A stretch of DNA of 64,000 nucleotides from Terriglobia bacterium (GTDB lineage Bacteria; Acidobacteriota; Terriglobia; Acidiferrales; UBA7541): positions 2,944,001 through 3,008,000 of the forward strand of contig OY968796.1 of NCBI GenBank assembly GCA_963695545.1, in the 5' to 3' direction. Positions within the stretch are counted from its first letter, which is position 1. Each line of letters opens with the position of its first letter. A model generated the notes under the pieces. That model was not told the DNA's origin. It saw only the letters and a program-made list of their open reading frames with translations, and made no database searches. This document shows positions 48,408 to 57,517 of this stretch, piece by piece. A program made the position numbers and the translations under genes.

Positions 48408-49432
48408 CCACGCTGGTCACAGGCGCAACCGGTTTTCTCGGCAGCCACGTCGCGCTGCAACTCCTCGCGCGCGGCGAGAAAAACGTGCGCGTACTCGTGC
48501 GGCCATCGAGCGATCTTCGCGCGCTCGCCGGCCTCGCTGTCGAGCGCGTCACCGGCGACCTGCGCGATCCCGCTTCGCTCGATCGCGCGCTCGCGGGCGT
48601 CGAACGCGTCTATCACGTCGCCGCGGATTACCGATTGTGGGCGCGCGATCCGCGCGAAATTTACGAATCGAATGTCACCGGCACGCGCAATCTTCTCGCC
48701 GCAGCGCGTCGCGCGGGCGTCGCGCGCATCGTGTACACAAGCACCGTCGCCACAATCGCCGTTCCCAGCGCGGGGCCGCTTCCGAATGAGAATACGGAAG
48801 CGCGCCTGACGGACATGATCGGCGCGTACAAGCGCTCGAAGTTTCTCGCCGAGCAGGAAGTTCTGGCGGCTGCGCGCGAAGGCTTGCCCGTGGTGATCGT
48901 GAATCCGACCACGCCCGTCGGCCCCGGCGATTGGAAGCCCACGCCGACCGGCAAGATCATCGTCGATTTTCTGAATGGCCGAATGCCCGCGTACGTCGAT
49001 ACCGGCCTGAATTTCGTCGCTGTCGAAGACGCTGCCGCCGGACACCTGCTGGCGGCTGAGCGTGGCCGCCTCGGCGAGCGCTATCTGCTCGGCGGCGAGA
49101 ATCTTTCGTTGCGCGAATTGCTCGAAGGTTTGGCCCACGTGAGCGGCCGCCCGGCGCCGCGATTCCGCGTGCCGATCGCCGTTGCGTTCGCCGCGGCCTA
49201 CGCCGATACGCTCGTCGCACGCCTCACCGGTCGCGAGCCGCAAATTCCGATCGATGGCGTGCGCATCGCGCGCCACCGCATGTTCGTCGATTGCAGCAAG
49301 GCCGTGCGCGAGTTGGGCTTTGCGCCGGGCCCCGTCGCCGCGGCGCTGGACCGCGCGGTCCGCTGGTATGAAGGCAACGGTTACGTCGCGGAAATCGGCG
49401 GCGAGCGATTGCAACGCGCGCACGCAGCCTGA
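48404..49432 (+). CDS. hpnA: Hopanoid-associated sugar epimerase
   Basis: VTGATGFLG, HVAADYRLWA, YKRSKFLAE, GPGDWKPTPTG. Confidence 0.93.
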   Translation: MTTLVTGATGFLGSHVALQLLARGEKNVRVLVRPSSDLRALAGLAVERVTGDLRDPASLDRALAGVERVYHVAADYRLWARDPREIYESNVTGTRNLLAAARRAGVARIVYTSTVATIAVPSAGPLPNENTEARLTDMIGAYKRSKFLAEQEVLAAAREGLPVVIVNPTTPVGPGDWKPTPTGKIIVDFLNGRMPAYVDTGLNFVAVEDAAAGHLLAAERGRLGERYLLGGENLSLRELLEGLAHVSGRPAPRFRVPIAVAFAAAYADTLVARLTGREPQIPIDGVRIARHRMFVDCSKAVRELGFAPGPVAAALDRAVRWYEGNGYVAEIGGERLQRAHAA

Positions 49433-49504
49433 GCGCGAGCGCCAACGAATTTGTTTTTGGGCCCAGGGAAGTTTGGGCCAGGCCCGAAGAAGCCGGAGGA
49501 AGCG

Positions 49505-50263
49505 ATGAGGGCGGTTGTCACGTTTGCGGTGAATGCGGAGTTCGCTCCGTGGCGGCGATTGCGAGAATTTCGTCGCGTTCGATCCGCCGCGCCGGTGTGG
49601 TACGAATATTCCGCGGCAGAAGGGCTTAAGGTGCGAGTGGTGCTGACGGGAATGGGCGAAAGTCTGGCGCGTTTGGCGGCGAGAGAAGCTCTTGCTGACG
49701 GCGCGGACGTTTGCATTTCGTCCGGCCTGGCGGGAGGATTGCGCGCGGGGCAGCGCACTGGGGATATTCTGGTGGCCCAGGTCGTCGTGAAAGATCGCGA
49801 GCCGGTGGCCGTAGCGAGCGATCCCGATCTCGTCGCGCTGGCTGCGGAATGCGGCGCGCGGCAAGCCGCCCGCTTCGTCACCTGCAAGGAAATCGTGGCT
49901 CGCGCCGCCGATAAAAAGCGTTTGGGCGATCGAGCGGACGCGGTTGAAATGGAAAGTCTCGCGGTGCTGGCCGAAGCCGCCGTGCGCGGCGTGCCGGCAG
50001 TTGCCGTTCGCGCGATTGCGGACACCGTGGATTTCGATCTGCCGTTCGACTTCTCGAAAGCGCGCGGCGCCGATGGTCAGATTCGCACGAGCCGCGTGTT
50101 CGCCGCCGTCGCGTTGCGGCCGCAGCGCATTCCCGCGCTCATGCGCCTGGCCGGAGATTGCCGGCGCGCGTCGCGCGGTTTGGCGCAATTTCTGGATGCG
50201 TACACGGGCTCTCTCTTGGAACGCTACAAAGGCGCGAAATCAGAATTGTTGGCGACCACATGA
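49505..50263 (+). CDS. hpnG: Hopanoid-associated nucleoside phosphorylase/nucleosidase
   Basis: TGMG, SSGLAGGL, AVEMES, VRAIAD (PNP/MTAN fold) in hopanoid context. Confidence 0.8.
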   Translation: MRAVVTFAVNAEFAPWRRLREFRRVRSAAPVWYEYSAAEGLKVRVVLTGMGESLARLAAREALADGADVCISSGLAGGLRAGQRTGDILVAQVVVKDREPVAVASDPDLVALAAECGARQAARFVTCKEIVARAADKKRLGDRADAVEMESLAVLAEAAVRGVPAVAVRAIADTVDFDLPFDFSKARGADGQIRTSRVFAAVALRPQRIPALMRLAGDCRRASRGLAQFLDAYTGSLLERYKGAKSELLATT

Positions 50264-51366
50264 CGGAAGCCGTAGCCACGCACAACCCGCAGAATGCGGC
50301 GCTTGATTTCGGCGGCGCCGGAATGCGCGCGGCCGTGTATCGCGGCGCGGGTCGCGTGGTGGTCGAACCTGTACCCGTGCCTGAAATTTCCGCGGGCGAA
50401 ATCCTGATTCACGTCGCGGCCTGCGGCATCTGTGGCACCGACGTCAAAAAAATTCAGCACGGTTTCGTCGCGCCGCCGCAGATTTTCGGGCACGAAGCGG
50501 CCGGCACGGTCGTCGCGGTGGGCGAAGGCGTGGAGCGCTGGAAGCTTGGCGATCGGGTAGTTGGTTTTCACCACGTTCCTTGTGGTAACTGTTTTTATTG
50601 CACGCGTCGTCTATTTTCCCAGTGTCCGGCGTATAAGAAAGTAGGATTGACGGCTGGATTCACGCCAAACGGCGGTGGCTTCGCGGAATATGTGCGTGCC
50701 ATGCCCTGGGTGGTCGAGCGAGGCCTGCTGCGCATTCCGGACGAGGTCACGTTTGAAGAGGCCACGTTCGTCGAGCCGGTCAACACGTGCTTGAAAGCCG
50801 TCGAAGGCGCGCGTGTGGCAGCCGGCGAAACAGTTTTGGTGATGGGCCAGGGCCCGATCGGACTTCTGCTGATGCTTCTTGCGAAATTAAAGGGAGCTAC
50901 CGTGCTCGCGAGCGATCCGATGCCCGAGCGGCGCGCGAAAAGCGTGCAGCTTGGCGCCGCGGCGGCATTCGATCCGAACGAAAAGCGACTCTCCGCGCAA
51001 GTTCGCGAGTGGACCGATGGCCGCGGCGCTGACGCCGTTCTCGTCGCCGTGCCGATTCCCGCGGCGCTCACCGAAGGATTGTCCGTCGCGCGGCCCGGCG
51101 GACGCGTGCTGCTGTTCGCGCAAAACGATCCTAAGATGCGCATCGAATTTCCGGCCGCGGAAGTCGGCGTCGAGGAGAAAGAAATTCTAGGCAGCTACAG
51201 CGCCGCGATCGACCGCCAAAGCGAGGCGGCCGAACTGGTCTTCTCGCGGCGTTTGCCGGTGCGCGAGTTGATATCTCATCGTTTTCCGCTTGCGCAGTTT
51301 ACCGAGGCGCTTGATCTCGCATCTAATCCTAGGGGAGACTCTTTGAAGGTCGTTGTACTGCCATGA
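50260..51366 (+). CDS. Zn-dependent MDR dehydrogenase 1 (polyol/threonine dehydrogenase-like)
   Basis: CGICGTD, FGHEAAG, PCGNCFYC......QC, GQGPIG. ATGA overlaps on both sides. Confidence 0.9.
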   Translation: MTEAVATHNPQNAALDFGGAGMRAAVYRGAGRVVVEPVPVPEISAGEILIHVAACGICGTDVKKIQHGFVAPPQIFGHEAAGTVVAVGEGVERWKLGDRVVGFHHVPCGNCFYCTRRLFSQCPAYKKVGLTAGFTPNGGGFAEYVRAMPWVVERGLLRIPDEVTFEEATFVEPVNTCLKAVEGARVAAGETVLVMGQGPIGLLLMLLAKLKGATVLASDPMPERRAKSVQLGAAAAFDPNEKRLSAQVREWTDGRGADAVLVAVPIPAALTEGLSVARPGGRVLLFAQNDPKMRIEFPAAEVGVEEKEILGSYSAAIDRQSEAAELVFSRRLPVRELISHRFPLAQFTEALDLASNPRGDSLKVVVLP

Positions 51367-52430
51367 GCACAGCCACCTCTACTTCGATCGGACACATGAC
51401 CGCCGCTGTTCTGCGCGGCCGGGAAGACGTGCGCATCGAGCGCGTCGAAATTCCCGACATCGGCGCCGACGAAGCCCTGGTGCGCGTCAAGGTCGCGCTG
51501 ACCTGCGGCACCGATCTCAAAGTCTGGCGCCAGGGATTCCACGAGCGCATGATCACGCCGCCCGCGCTCTTCGGACACGAATGGGCCGGCGTCGTCGAGC
51601 GCGTTGGTCCCGACGTGCCCGATTGGGTGCGTCCCGGCTTGCGCGTCACCGCCGGGAATTCCGCGCCGTGCTACCGCTGCTTCTATTGTTTGCGCGGCCA
51701 GCAAAATTTGTGCGAAGACCTGGTGTTCAACAACGGCGCCTACGCCGAGTACGTTCGCGTGCCCGGCCGCATTGTGCGCGAAAATCTTTTGGAAATTCCC
51801 GAGAATGTTTCCTATCGCGATGCCGCTCTGGTCGAGCCGCTGGCCTGCGTCCTGCGCGGCATCGATGAAACCGGCGTGCGCTCCGGAGACACTGCGGCGC
51901 TGATCGGCTGCGGCCCGCTCGGACTTATGTTCGTCCGCTTGCTCTCCGCGCGTGGAGTCGGCGTTTTGGCCGTCGCCAAACACGCCAGCCAAGCTGAAGC
52001 GGCTCGCCGCATGGGCGCGACCGTCGCGTTCGTGTCCGGCCAAATGGAAGATCCCGTCGCCGAGGTTCGCCGCAAGACCGGCGCGCGTCGCGGCGCCGAC
52101 GCCGTAATCGAAGCCGTGGGCACGCCCGCCACCTGGGAATGGGCCGTGCAGATGGTGCGCCGCGGCGGCACCGTAAATCTTTTCGGCGGCTGCCCGCGCG
52201 GCAGCAAAATTTCGCTCGATCCGACGGCGCTGCACTACTCCGAGATCACAATCAAATCGTCGTTCCACCATACGCCGCAATTCGTGCGCGAGGCGCTTGA
52301 AACCATCGCTCGCGGCGAAATCAGCGCCGACGATTTTGTGAATCGGGAAACTCCGCTCGCCGATCTCCCGCAGTTGTTCGCGCGCATGAGGGATCGCAAG
52401 GGCGAGATGAAAGTCGCCATCATTCCCTGA
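51363..52430 (+). CDS. Zn-dependent MDR dehydrogenase 2
   Basis: TCGTDLK, FGHEWAG, PCYRCFYC......LC, GCGPLG. Confidence 0.9.
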   Translation: MSTATSTSIGHMTAAVLRGREDVRIERVEIPDIGADEALVRVKVALTCGTDLKVWRQGFHERMITPPALFGHEWAGVVERVGPDVPDWVRPGLRVTAGNSAPCYRCFYCLRGQQNLCEDLVFNNGAYAEYVRVPGRIVRENLLEIPENVSYRDAALVEPLACVLRGIDETGVRSGDTAALIGCGPLGLMFVRLLSARGVGVLAVAKHASQAEAARRMGATVAFVSGQMEDPVAEVRRKTGARRGADAVIEAVGTPATWEWAVQMVRRGGTVNLFGGCPRGSKISLDPTALHYSEITIKSSFHHTPQFVREALETIARGEISADDFVNRETPLADLPQLFARMRDRKGEMKVAIIP

Positions 52431-52509
52431 TTTGCGTCACGGCGCGCGGCACGCGCTCGGGGATTTTGTTCTGTCGCAGTCGGCACACTGTCACCGTTTT
52501 CCGCAAAAC

Positions 52510-54495
52510 ATGTCTTCCTCCGCCATCGAGAAACTCGAAATCGCGCGCCGCTTGCCGCCCGAGGGCTGCTCGGTCGAAGAGGCCGAGGCTTACACGCGCC
52601 ATCTCGCGCGCCATCACTACGAAAATTTCAGTGTGGTCTCGTGGCTCCTGCCGCGCCGCTTGCATCAGCATTTTTACAACGTGTACGCCTATTGCCGCTG
52701 GTCCGACGATCTGGCCGACGAGATTCCCGATCACGCGCAAGCTCTCGCCGCGCTCGAGGATTGGGAAATCATGTTGCGCCGCTGCTATGCGGGCGAAACC
52801 GCTCATCCCGTTTTCATCGCGCTTGCACCCACGATTCGCGCCTGCGAAATTCCCATCGAGCCCTTCGCCGATTTGCTTGCAGCGTTTCGCCAGGATCAAA
52901 CCGTCTCTCGCTACGCCACCTGGAACGACGTGCTCGGTTACTGCCGCTATTCCGCGAATCCGGTTGGCCGCCTCGTGCTCTATTTGTGCGGCTACCGCGA
53001 CGCCGAGCGCCAAGCACTTTCTGACGCCACTTGCACCGCGCTGCAACTCGCGAATTTCTGGCAGGACGTCGCGCGCGATCTCGAGAAACACCGAATCTAC
53101 ATTCCGCTCGATCTCCTCGCGCGCCATGGTCTTTCCGCCGAAGATATTGAAGCGCGCCGCTTCGACGATCGCTACGTGAAATTGATGCACGAGCTCATCG
53201 CGCGCACACGCCAACTCTTCGCCGAAGGCTTGCCACTCGCGAATCTTCTCGATCCAGATTTGCGCGTCGATATCGAACTCTTCAGCCGCGGAGGCATGGG
53301 GGTGCTCGATGCGATCGAAACCTCGGGTTACGACACCCTGCACCGCCGCCCGTCGATCGGCCGCGGCGCGAAGTTCGCGTTGCTCGCGCGCGCGCTCGCC
53401 GGCCGCGCGGTTTCTCCGGTGCGCCGCAGGTCCGCGCCAACTCCCGCTGCAGCAGCCGCCGCGCTTCCGACTACCGCATCCGAGCCCGGCCGCCCGGTAC
53501 TTGTTCCGACGCCCGCGCAGATGGGCGCCGCGTCCGCCGCGCCAACCGCCAAGAGCGCCGCGGATCTCCGCGAGATCGCGCGCTCCTACGCCGATTGCCG
53601 AGAAGTCGCCCGCGCAGCCTCCAGCAATTTCTACTATGCGTTCTATCTTCTCCCGCGCCACAAGCGCGACGCGCTCTGCGCGCTCTACGCCTTCATGCGC
53701 CTGGTGGACGACGTTTCCGACACGCCCGGCGATCTCGCGGCCAAGCGCGCAGGTCTCGCGCGCTGGCGAGCCGCGCTCGATGCCGCCGTTGCCGGCGATC
53801 CATCAGCGCATCCGGTTTTGCCCGCGCTCGCCGATACGCTCGAGCGCTTCCAAATCCCGCCGCGCTATTTTCACGATCTGATTTCCGGCGCGGAAATGGA
53901 TTTGACCGTCGGCGCCTACGCCACCTTCGACCGCCTGCGCGAATATTGTTATCGCGTGGCCGGCACGGTCGGCCTTACGTGTCTGCATGTTTTCGGCTTC
54001 ACCGATCCGCGTGCGCCCGATCGCGCCGAATCGCTGGGCATCGCGTTTCAATTGACCAACATCCTGCGCGACGTCCGCAGCGACCTCGAATCGGGGCGCG
54101 TCTACCTCCCGCAGGAAGATCTCGATCGATTCGGCGTCTCAACCGGCGAGCTCATCGGCGAAACCATCACGCCCGGTCTGCGCGCGTTGATGGAATTTGA
54201 AGTCGCGCGCGCCTGGTCGTTCTATCGCGAAGGCGAGCCGCTCGTGCGCCTGGTCGATCGCGATAGCCGCGCCGCGCTCTGGGCGCTGGTGCGCACGTAC
54301 AGCAGTTTGCTCGCGCGCATAGAAGCCCGCGGCTTTGACGTTTTTTCCACGCGCACGCGCCTCACCACGGCGGAAAAAGCCGGCATCCTGGTGCGCGCGC
54401 GCTTTGGCTGGTTCTCCCAACAAAATGTCCTCGAAGAGCGTGATCGTGATCGGCGGCGGCCTGGCGGGACTTTCCGCGGGCGTCGCGCTGGCTGA
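52510..54495 (+). CDS. hpnC-hpnD: Fused HpnC (hydroxysqualene synthase) - HpnD (presqualene diphosphate synthase)
   Basis: N-half HYENFSV.S..LP...YCRWSDDLADE...LQLANFWQD; Ala/Pro linker; C-half NFYYAF..LP...RLVDDVSD...FQLTNILRDV...GRVYLP. One uninterrupted ORF. Confidence 0.9.
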   Translation: MSSSAIEKLEIARRLPPEGCSVEEAEAYTRHLARHHYENFSVVSWLLPRRLHQHFYNVYAYCRWSDDLADEIPDHAQALAALEDWEIMLRRCYAGETAHPVFIALAPTIRACEIPIEPFADLLAAFRQDQTVSRYATWNDVLGYCRYSANPVGRLVLYLCGYRDAERQALSDATCTALQLANFWQDVARDLEKHRIYIPLDLLARHGLSAEDIEARRFDDRYVKLMHELIARTRQLFAEGLPLANLLDPDLRVDIELFSRGGMGVLDAIETSGYDTLHRRPSIGRGAKFALLARALAGRAVSPVRRRSAPTPAAAAAALPTTASEPGRPVLVPTPAQMGAASAAPTAKSAADLREIARSYADCREVARAASSNFYYAFYLLPRHKRDALCALYAFMRLVDDVSDTPGDLAAKRAGLARWRAALDAAVAGDPSAHPVLPALADTLERFQIPPRYFHDLISGAEMDLTVGAYATFDRLREYCYRVAGTVGLTCLHVFGFTDPRAPDRAESLGIAFQLTNILRDVRSDLESGRVYLPQEDLDRFGVSTGELIGETITPGLRALMEFEVARAWSFYREGEPLVRLVDRDSRAALWALVRTYSSLLARIEARGFDVFSTRTRLTTAEKAGILVRARFGWFSQQNVLEERDRDRRRPGGTFRGRRAG

Positions 54496-55876
54496 GGCCG
54501 GCTTTCGCGTCCGGTTGTACGAGAAGCGTCCGCACCTGGGCGGCCGCGCTGCCTCGTACGTTTTGCCCGGCGGCGAACACGTCGACAATTGCCAGCACGT
54601 CACGCTGGGTTGCTGCACGAATCTTGCGGATTTTTATCGCCGCGTCGGCGCCGCCGGAAAAATTCAATTCTTCGATCGTTTGGTCTTCGCCGATTCCACC
54701 GGGCGCCGCGGCACCATGGAAGCCTCTTCGCTCGCGCCGCCCATGCACATGGCCGGATCGTTCGCCGCGTTTCCGTTGCTCGATTGGCGCGATAAGCGCG
54801 CCATTGCGAACGCGCTCGTAGCCATCGCGCGCTCTGGCGGCCGTCCCGACGACGCAAACGGAAACGGAAACGGAAACGGCGGCGTCTCCATGCTCGATTG
54901 GCTGCGTCGCCGCGGCCAAACCGAAGCCGCGATCGCGCGCTTCTGGGGTGTGGTCCTGGTCAGCGCGCTCGATGAAGAGCTCGCGCGCACCGACGCGCAC
55001 TACGGCATCGATGTTTTCTGGAAAGCGTTTCTCGCAAATCGCTCCGGCTATCGCGTCGGCATTCCGTCGGTTCCGCTCGGCGATCTCTACGGCGGTTGCC
55101 TCGCCGCGATCGAGCGGCGGGGCGGGGAAGCGCGGCTTCGAGCCGCGGTACGCGGAATCGCGATCGAAGATGGCCGCGCCGCCGGCGTCGAATTTGAAAA
55201 CGGCGCGCGCGAAGTTGCCGATCACTACGTCGTCGCCGTGCCGCACGAAGCCTTGCCGTCGCTCTTGCCCGCGCCTGTCGTCGAGCGCCACGCCGAGTTT
55301 CGCAATCTCAGCCGTTTGCGCTCATCCCCAATCACCGGCGTGCACCTGTGGCTCGATCGCGAAGTGATGTCCGAACCGTTTTTGACCGTGGTCGATCGCA
55401 CCACGCAATGGATTTTCAACAAGACGCTGCTTTCCGAATCCGCCGCCAACGGATCGAACGGCGCAAACGGAGCAAGCGGCGCGCGCCAATATCTGCAGCT
55501 CGTGATCAGCGCGTCCTACGATTTAATCCCACGCTCGCGCCAGGAAATCCTCGCGCTCGCGTGGCGCGAACTCTGCGAAGTCGTGCCCGCGGCGCGTGAA
55601 GCGCGCGTGGTGAAAGGCGCGGTGATCAAAGAAACCGCGGCGACGTTTTCGCCCGAGCCCGGCTGCGATCGCTGGCGCCCCGCGCAATCGAGTCCCATCG
55701 CGAATCTCTATCTCGCCGGCGATTGGACCGCCACCGGCTGGCCGGCCACGATGGAAGGCGCCGTGCGCAGCGGCTATCTCGCCGCCGAGGCCATTCTCGC
55801 CGCCGCAGGAGCCCCTGCGCGCCTTCTGCGCGCCGAATTGCCCACCGAGGGCCTGTCGCGCTGGTGGGCGGGATAG
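54425..55876 (+). CDS. hpnE: Hydroxysqualene dehydroxylase
   Basis: VIGGGLAGL, LGGRA.S, DNCQHV.LG, LAGDWTATGWPATMEGAVRSG. Overlaps the hpnC-hpnD end by 71 nt. Confidence 0.93.
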   Translation: MSSKSVIVIGGGLAGLSAGVALAEAGFRVRLYEKRPHLGGRAASYVLPGGEHVDNCQHVTLGCCTNLADFYRRVGAAGKIQFFDRLVFADSTGRRGTMEASSLAPPMHMAGSFAAFPLLDWRDKRAIANALVAIARSGGRPDDANGNGNGNGGVSMLDWLRRRGQTEAAIARFWGVVLVSALDEELARTDAHYGIDVFWKAFLANRSGYRVGIPSVPLGDLYGGCLAAIERRGGEARLRAAVRGIAIEDGRAAGVEFENGAREVADHYVVAVPHEALPSLLPAPVVERHAEFRNLSRLRSSPITGVHLWLDREVMSEPFLTVVDRTTQWIFNKTLLSESAANGSNGANGASGARQYLQLVISASYDLIPRSRQEILALAWRELCEVVPAAREARVVKGAVIKETAATFSPEPGCDRWRPAQSSPIANLYLAGDWTATGWPATMEGAVRSGYLAAEAILAAAGAPARLLRAELPTEGLSRWWAG

Positions 55877-55993
55877 TGACGCATGACGCCGCTCGCGGAA
55901 TCGCGTCAGCGTTGGCGTTTGCGCGGAAACTTCGCTTTTTCATGTTCTTTCGCGCTGCATAGCGTATGATGGGGTATCCCCCCGGAGGTTTTC

Positions 55994-56455
55994 TTGGACC
56001 GGAAGTATAAGCAGCACGGCTACATGTCTGACGACAAGCCGAAAAAACAGGAAAAAAAACCGCCGCACGATGGCCGCCCGCGTCAGGAGCAGTTTGGACC
56101 GCGCACACCGCGGATGGTCGGCACGGTTTCGCGCATGCGCTGCTCGAATTGCGGCGCTGTGCTCCAGGCCAATGTCGATCCGAACGCGAAGTGCCCGCGC
56201 TGCGCCTTCGATCTTCACTGCTGCAAACAGTGCCGCTTTTTCGATAGCGCCGCGCGCTTCGAGTGCATGCAGCCCGTGGTCGAGCAAATTGCGCGCAAAG
56301 ACGTGAAGAACGATTGCGCGCTTTACGAATTCCGCACCACGATTGAAAAGGACACCGCTCCGGCCGCGGCACAAGCCTCGCCCTCGGCGCCGACTTCCAG
56401 CCCTTCGCGCCCGCACGATGCGCGCCGCGCCTTCGACGACCTCTTCAAGAAGTAG
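55994..56455 (+). CDS. Cys-rich putative metal-binding protein
   Basis: CSNC...CPRC..DLHCCKQCRFFD....EC...NDC and C-terminal AFDDLFKK. TTG start with GGAGG. Confidence 0.75.
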   Translation: MDRKYKQHGYMSDDKPKKQEKKPPHDGRPRQEQFGPRTPRMVGTVSRMRCSNCGAVLQANVDPNAKCPRCAFDLHCCKQCRFFDSAARFECMQPVVEQIARKDVKNDCALYEFRTTIEKDTAPAAAQASPSAPTSSPSRPHDARRAFDDLFKK

Positions 56456-56495
56456 CCGCAGCTTCGCTGTTCAGCACCAAATTGTTCTCAGAGGA

Positions 56496-57434
56496 TCAAC
56501 GCGGAGGATTTGGGAATAGCGTCGGCTCTCGCGCCGGCTCGCTCGCGATCGCATCAAGCGAAGGATAATGATGCCGCAACGTCTCCGGCACTTTCACTTT
56601 CGCGCCGGTCAATAGCTCGATCAATTCCAGCGCGTTCACCACGCCTTTTCCGAGAAAATGATTATTGGTGATCACGTAGGTGTCGCCGGAGTGCTCCGCC
56701 ACTTTTTCGATGCGCGCGGCCCACGGCGCAAGCTCTTCCTGGCTGTAAAGGTAGTTGTATCGCTCCGCTGGCGGCGTTGCCGGGTCGTCGCTGAACCAGG
56801 TGTCGTAGCGCCGTCCGTGCAGACGAACATATCCGATGTTTCCCGTCGCGCGCCCAGAAGGCCGAATCGAGCGCCCAATCACCGGCTGATCGATATTGCA
56901 GAATCCCACGCCGCGCTCGGCCAGCATCGCGTAAAACTCTTTCTCGTTCCACGAAGCGTGCCGCACTTCCACCACCAGCGGAAAATCCGCAAATCGCGTC
57001 AGTATATTTTCCAGCTGCGCGTCATTCTCCGCCGTGCGATGAAACGAATATGGAAATTGCAGCAGCACCGCGCCCAATTTTCCCGCGCGTCGCAGCGGCT
57101 CAAATCCCTCGCGCACCGCGCGCTCGTCTTCGGCGGTCGCTCCGGATTCGTGCGTGAATTTCTGCCAGAGCTTTGCCGTGAATAAAAATCGCGGATTTGC
57201 CGCTACGCGCTCCACCCACTGCGCCCCCAGTTCCGGCCGCAACGGTTGGTAAAACGAAGTATTGATCTCGATGGTGTCGAAATATTCCGCCAGGTAAGTA
57301 GCTTCGTGAAATCCGCGCGGCCTCCGCGCCGGATAGACCACTCCGTTCCAATCGTCGTACGACCAGCCCGCTGGACCGACGCGGATCGTGCGCAGAGGCC
57401 GTTCGATGCGAGATTTCGGTTCCGATCGCGGCAT
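56496..57434 (-). CDS. DUF72 family protein
   Basis: GPAGWSY.DW, F.TIEINTSFY, LLQFP, EVRH.SW, YVRLHGR, Y.YLYS, NNH. Confidence 0.92.
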   Translation of the reverse strand: MPRSEPKSRIERPLRTIRVGPAGWSYDDWNGVVYPARRPRGFHEATYLAEYFDTIEINTSFYQPLRPELGAQWVERVAANPRFLFTAKLWQKFTHESGATAEDERAVREGFEPLRRAGKLGAVLLQFPYSFHRTAENDAQLENILTRFADFPLVVEVRHASWNEKEFYAMLAERGVGFCNIDQPVIGRSIRPSGRATGNIGYVRLHGRRYDTWFSDDPATPPAERYNYLYSQEELAPWAARIEKVAEHSGDTYVITNNHFLGKGVVNALELIELLTGAKVKVPETLRHHYPSLDAIASEPAREPTLFPNPPR

Positions 57435-57517
57435 TCGCGCGCACCCAGGAATCCGCATGTTATCATCCTGCCGCTGGGTGGCCCCTATCGAACGGGTCGT
57501 CGAAAGAGGCATATCTC

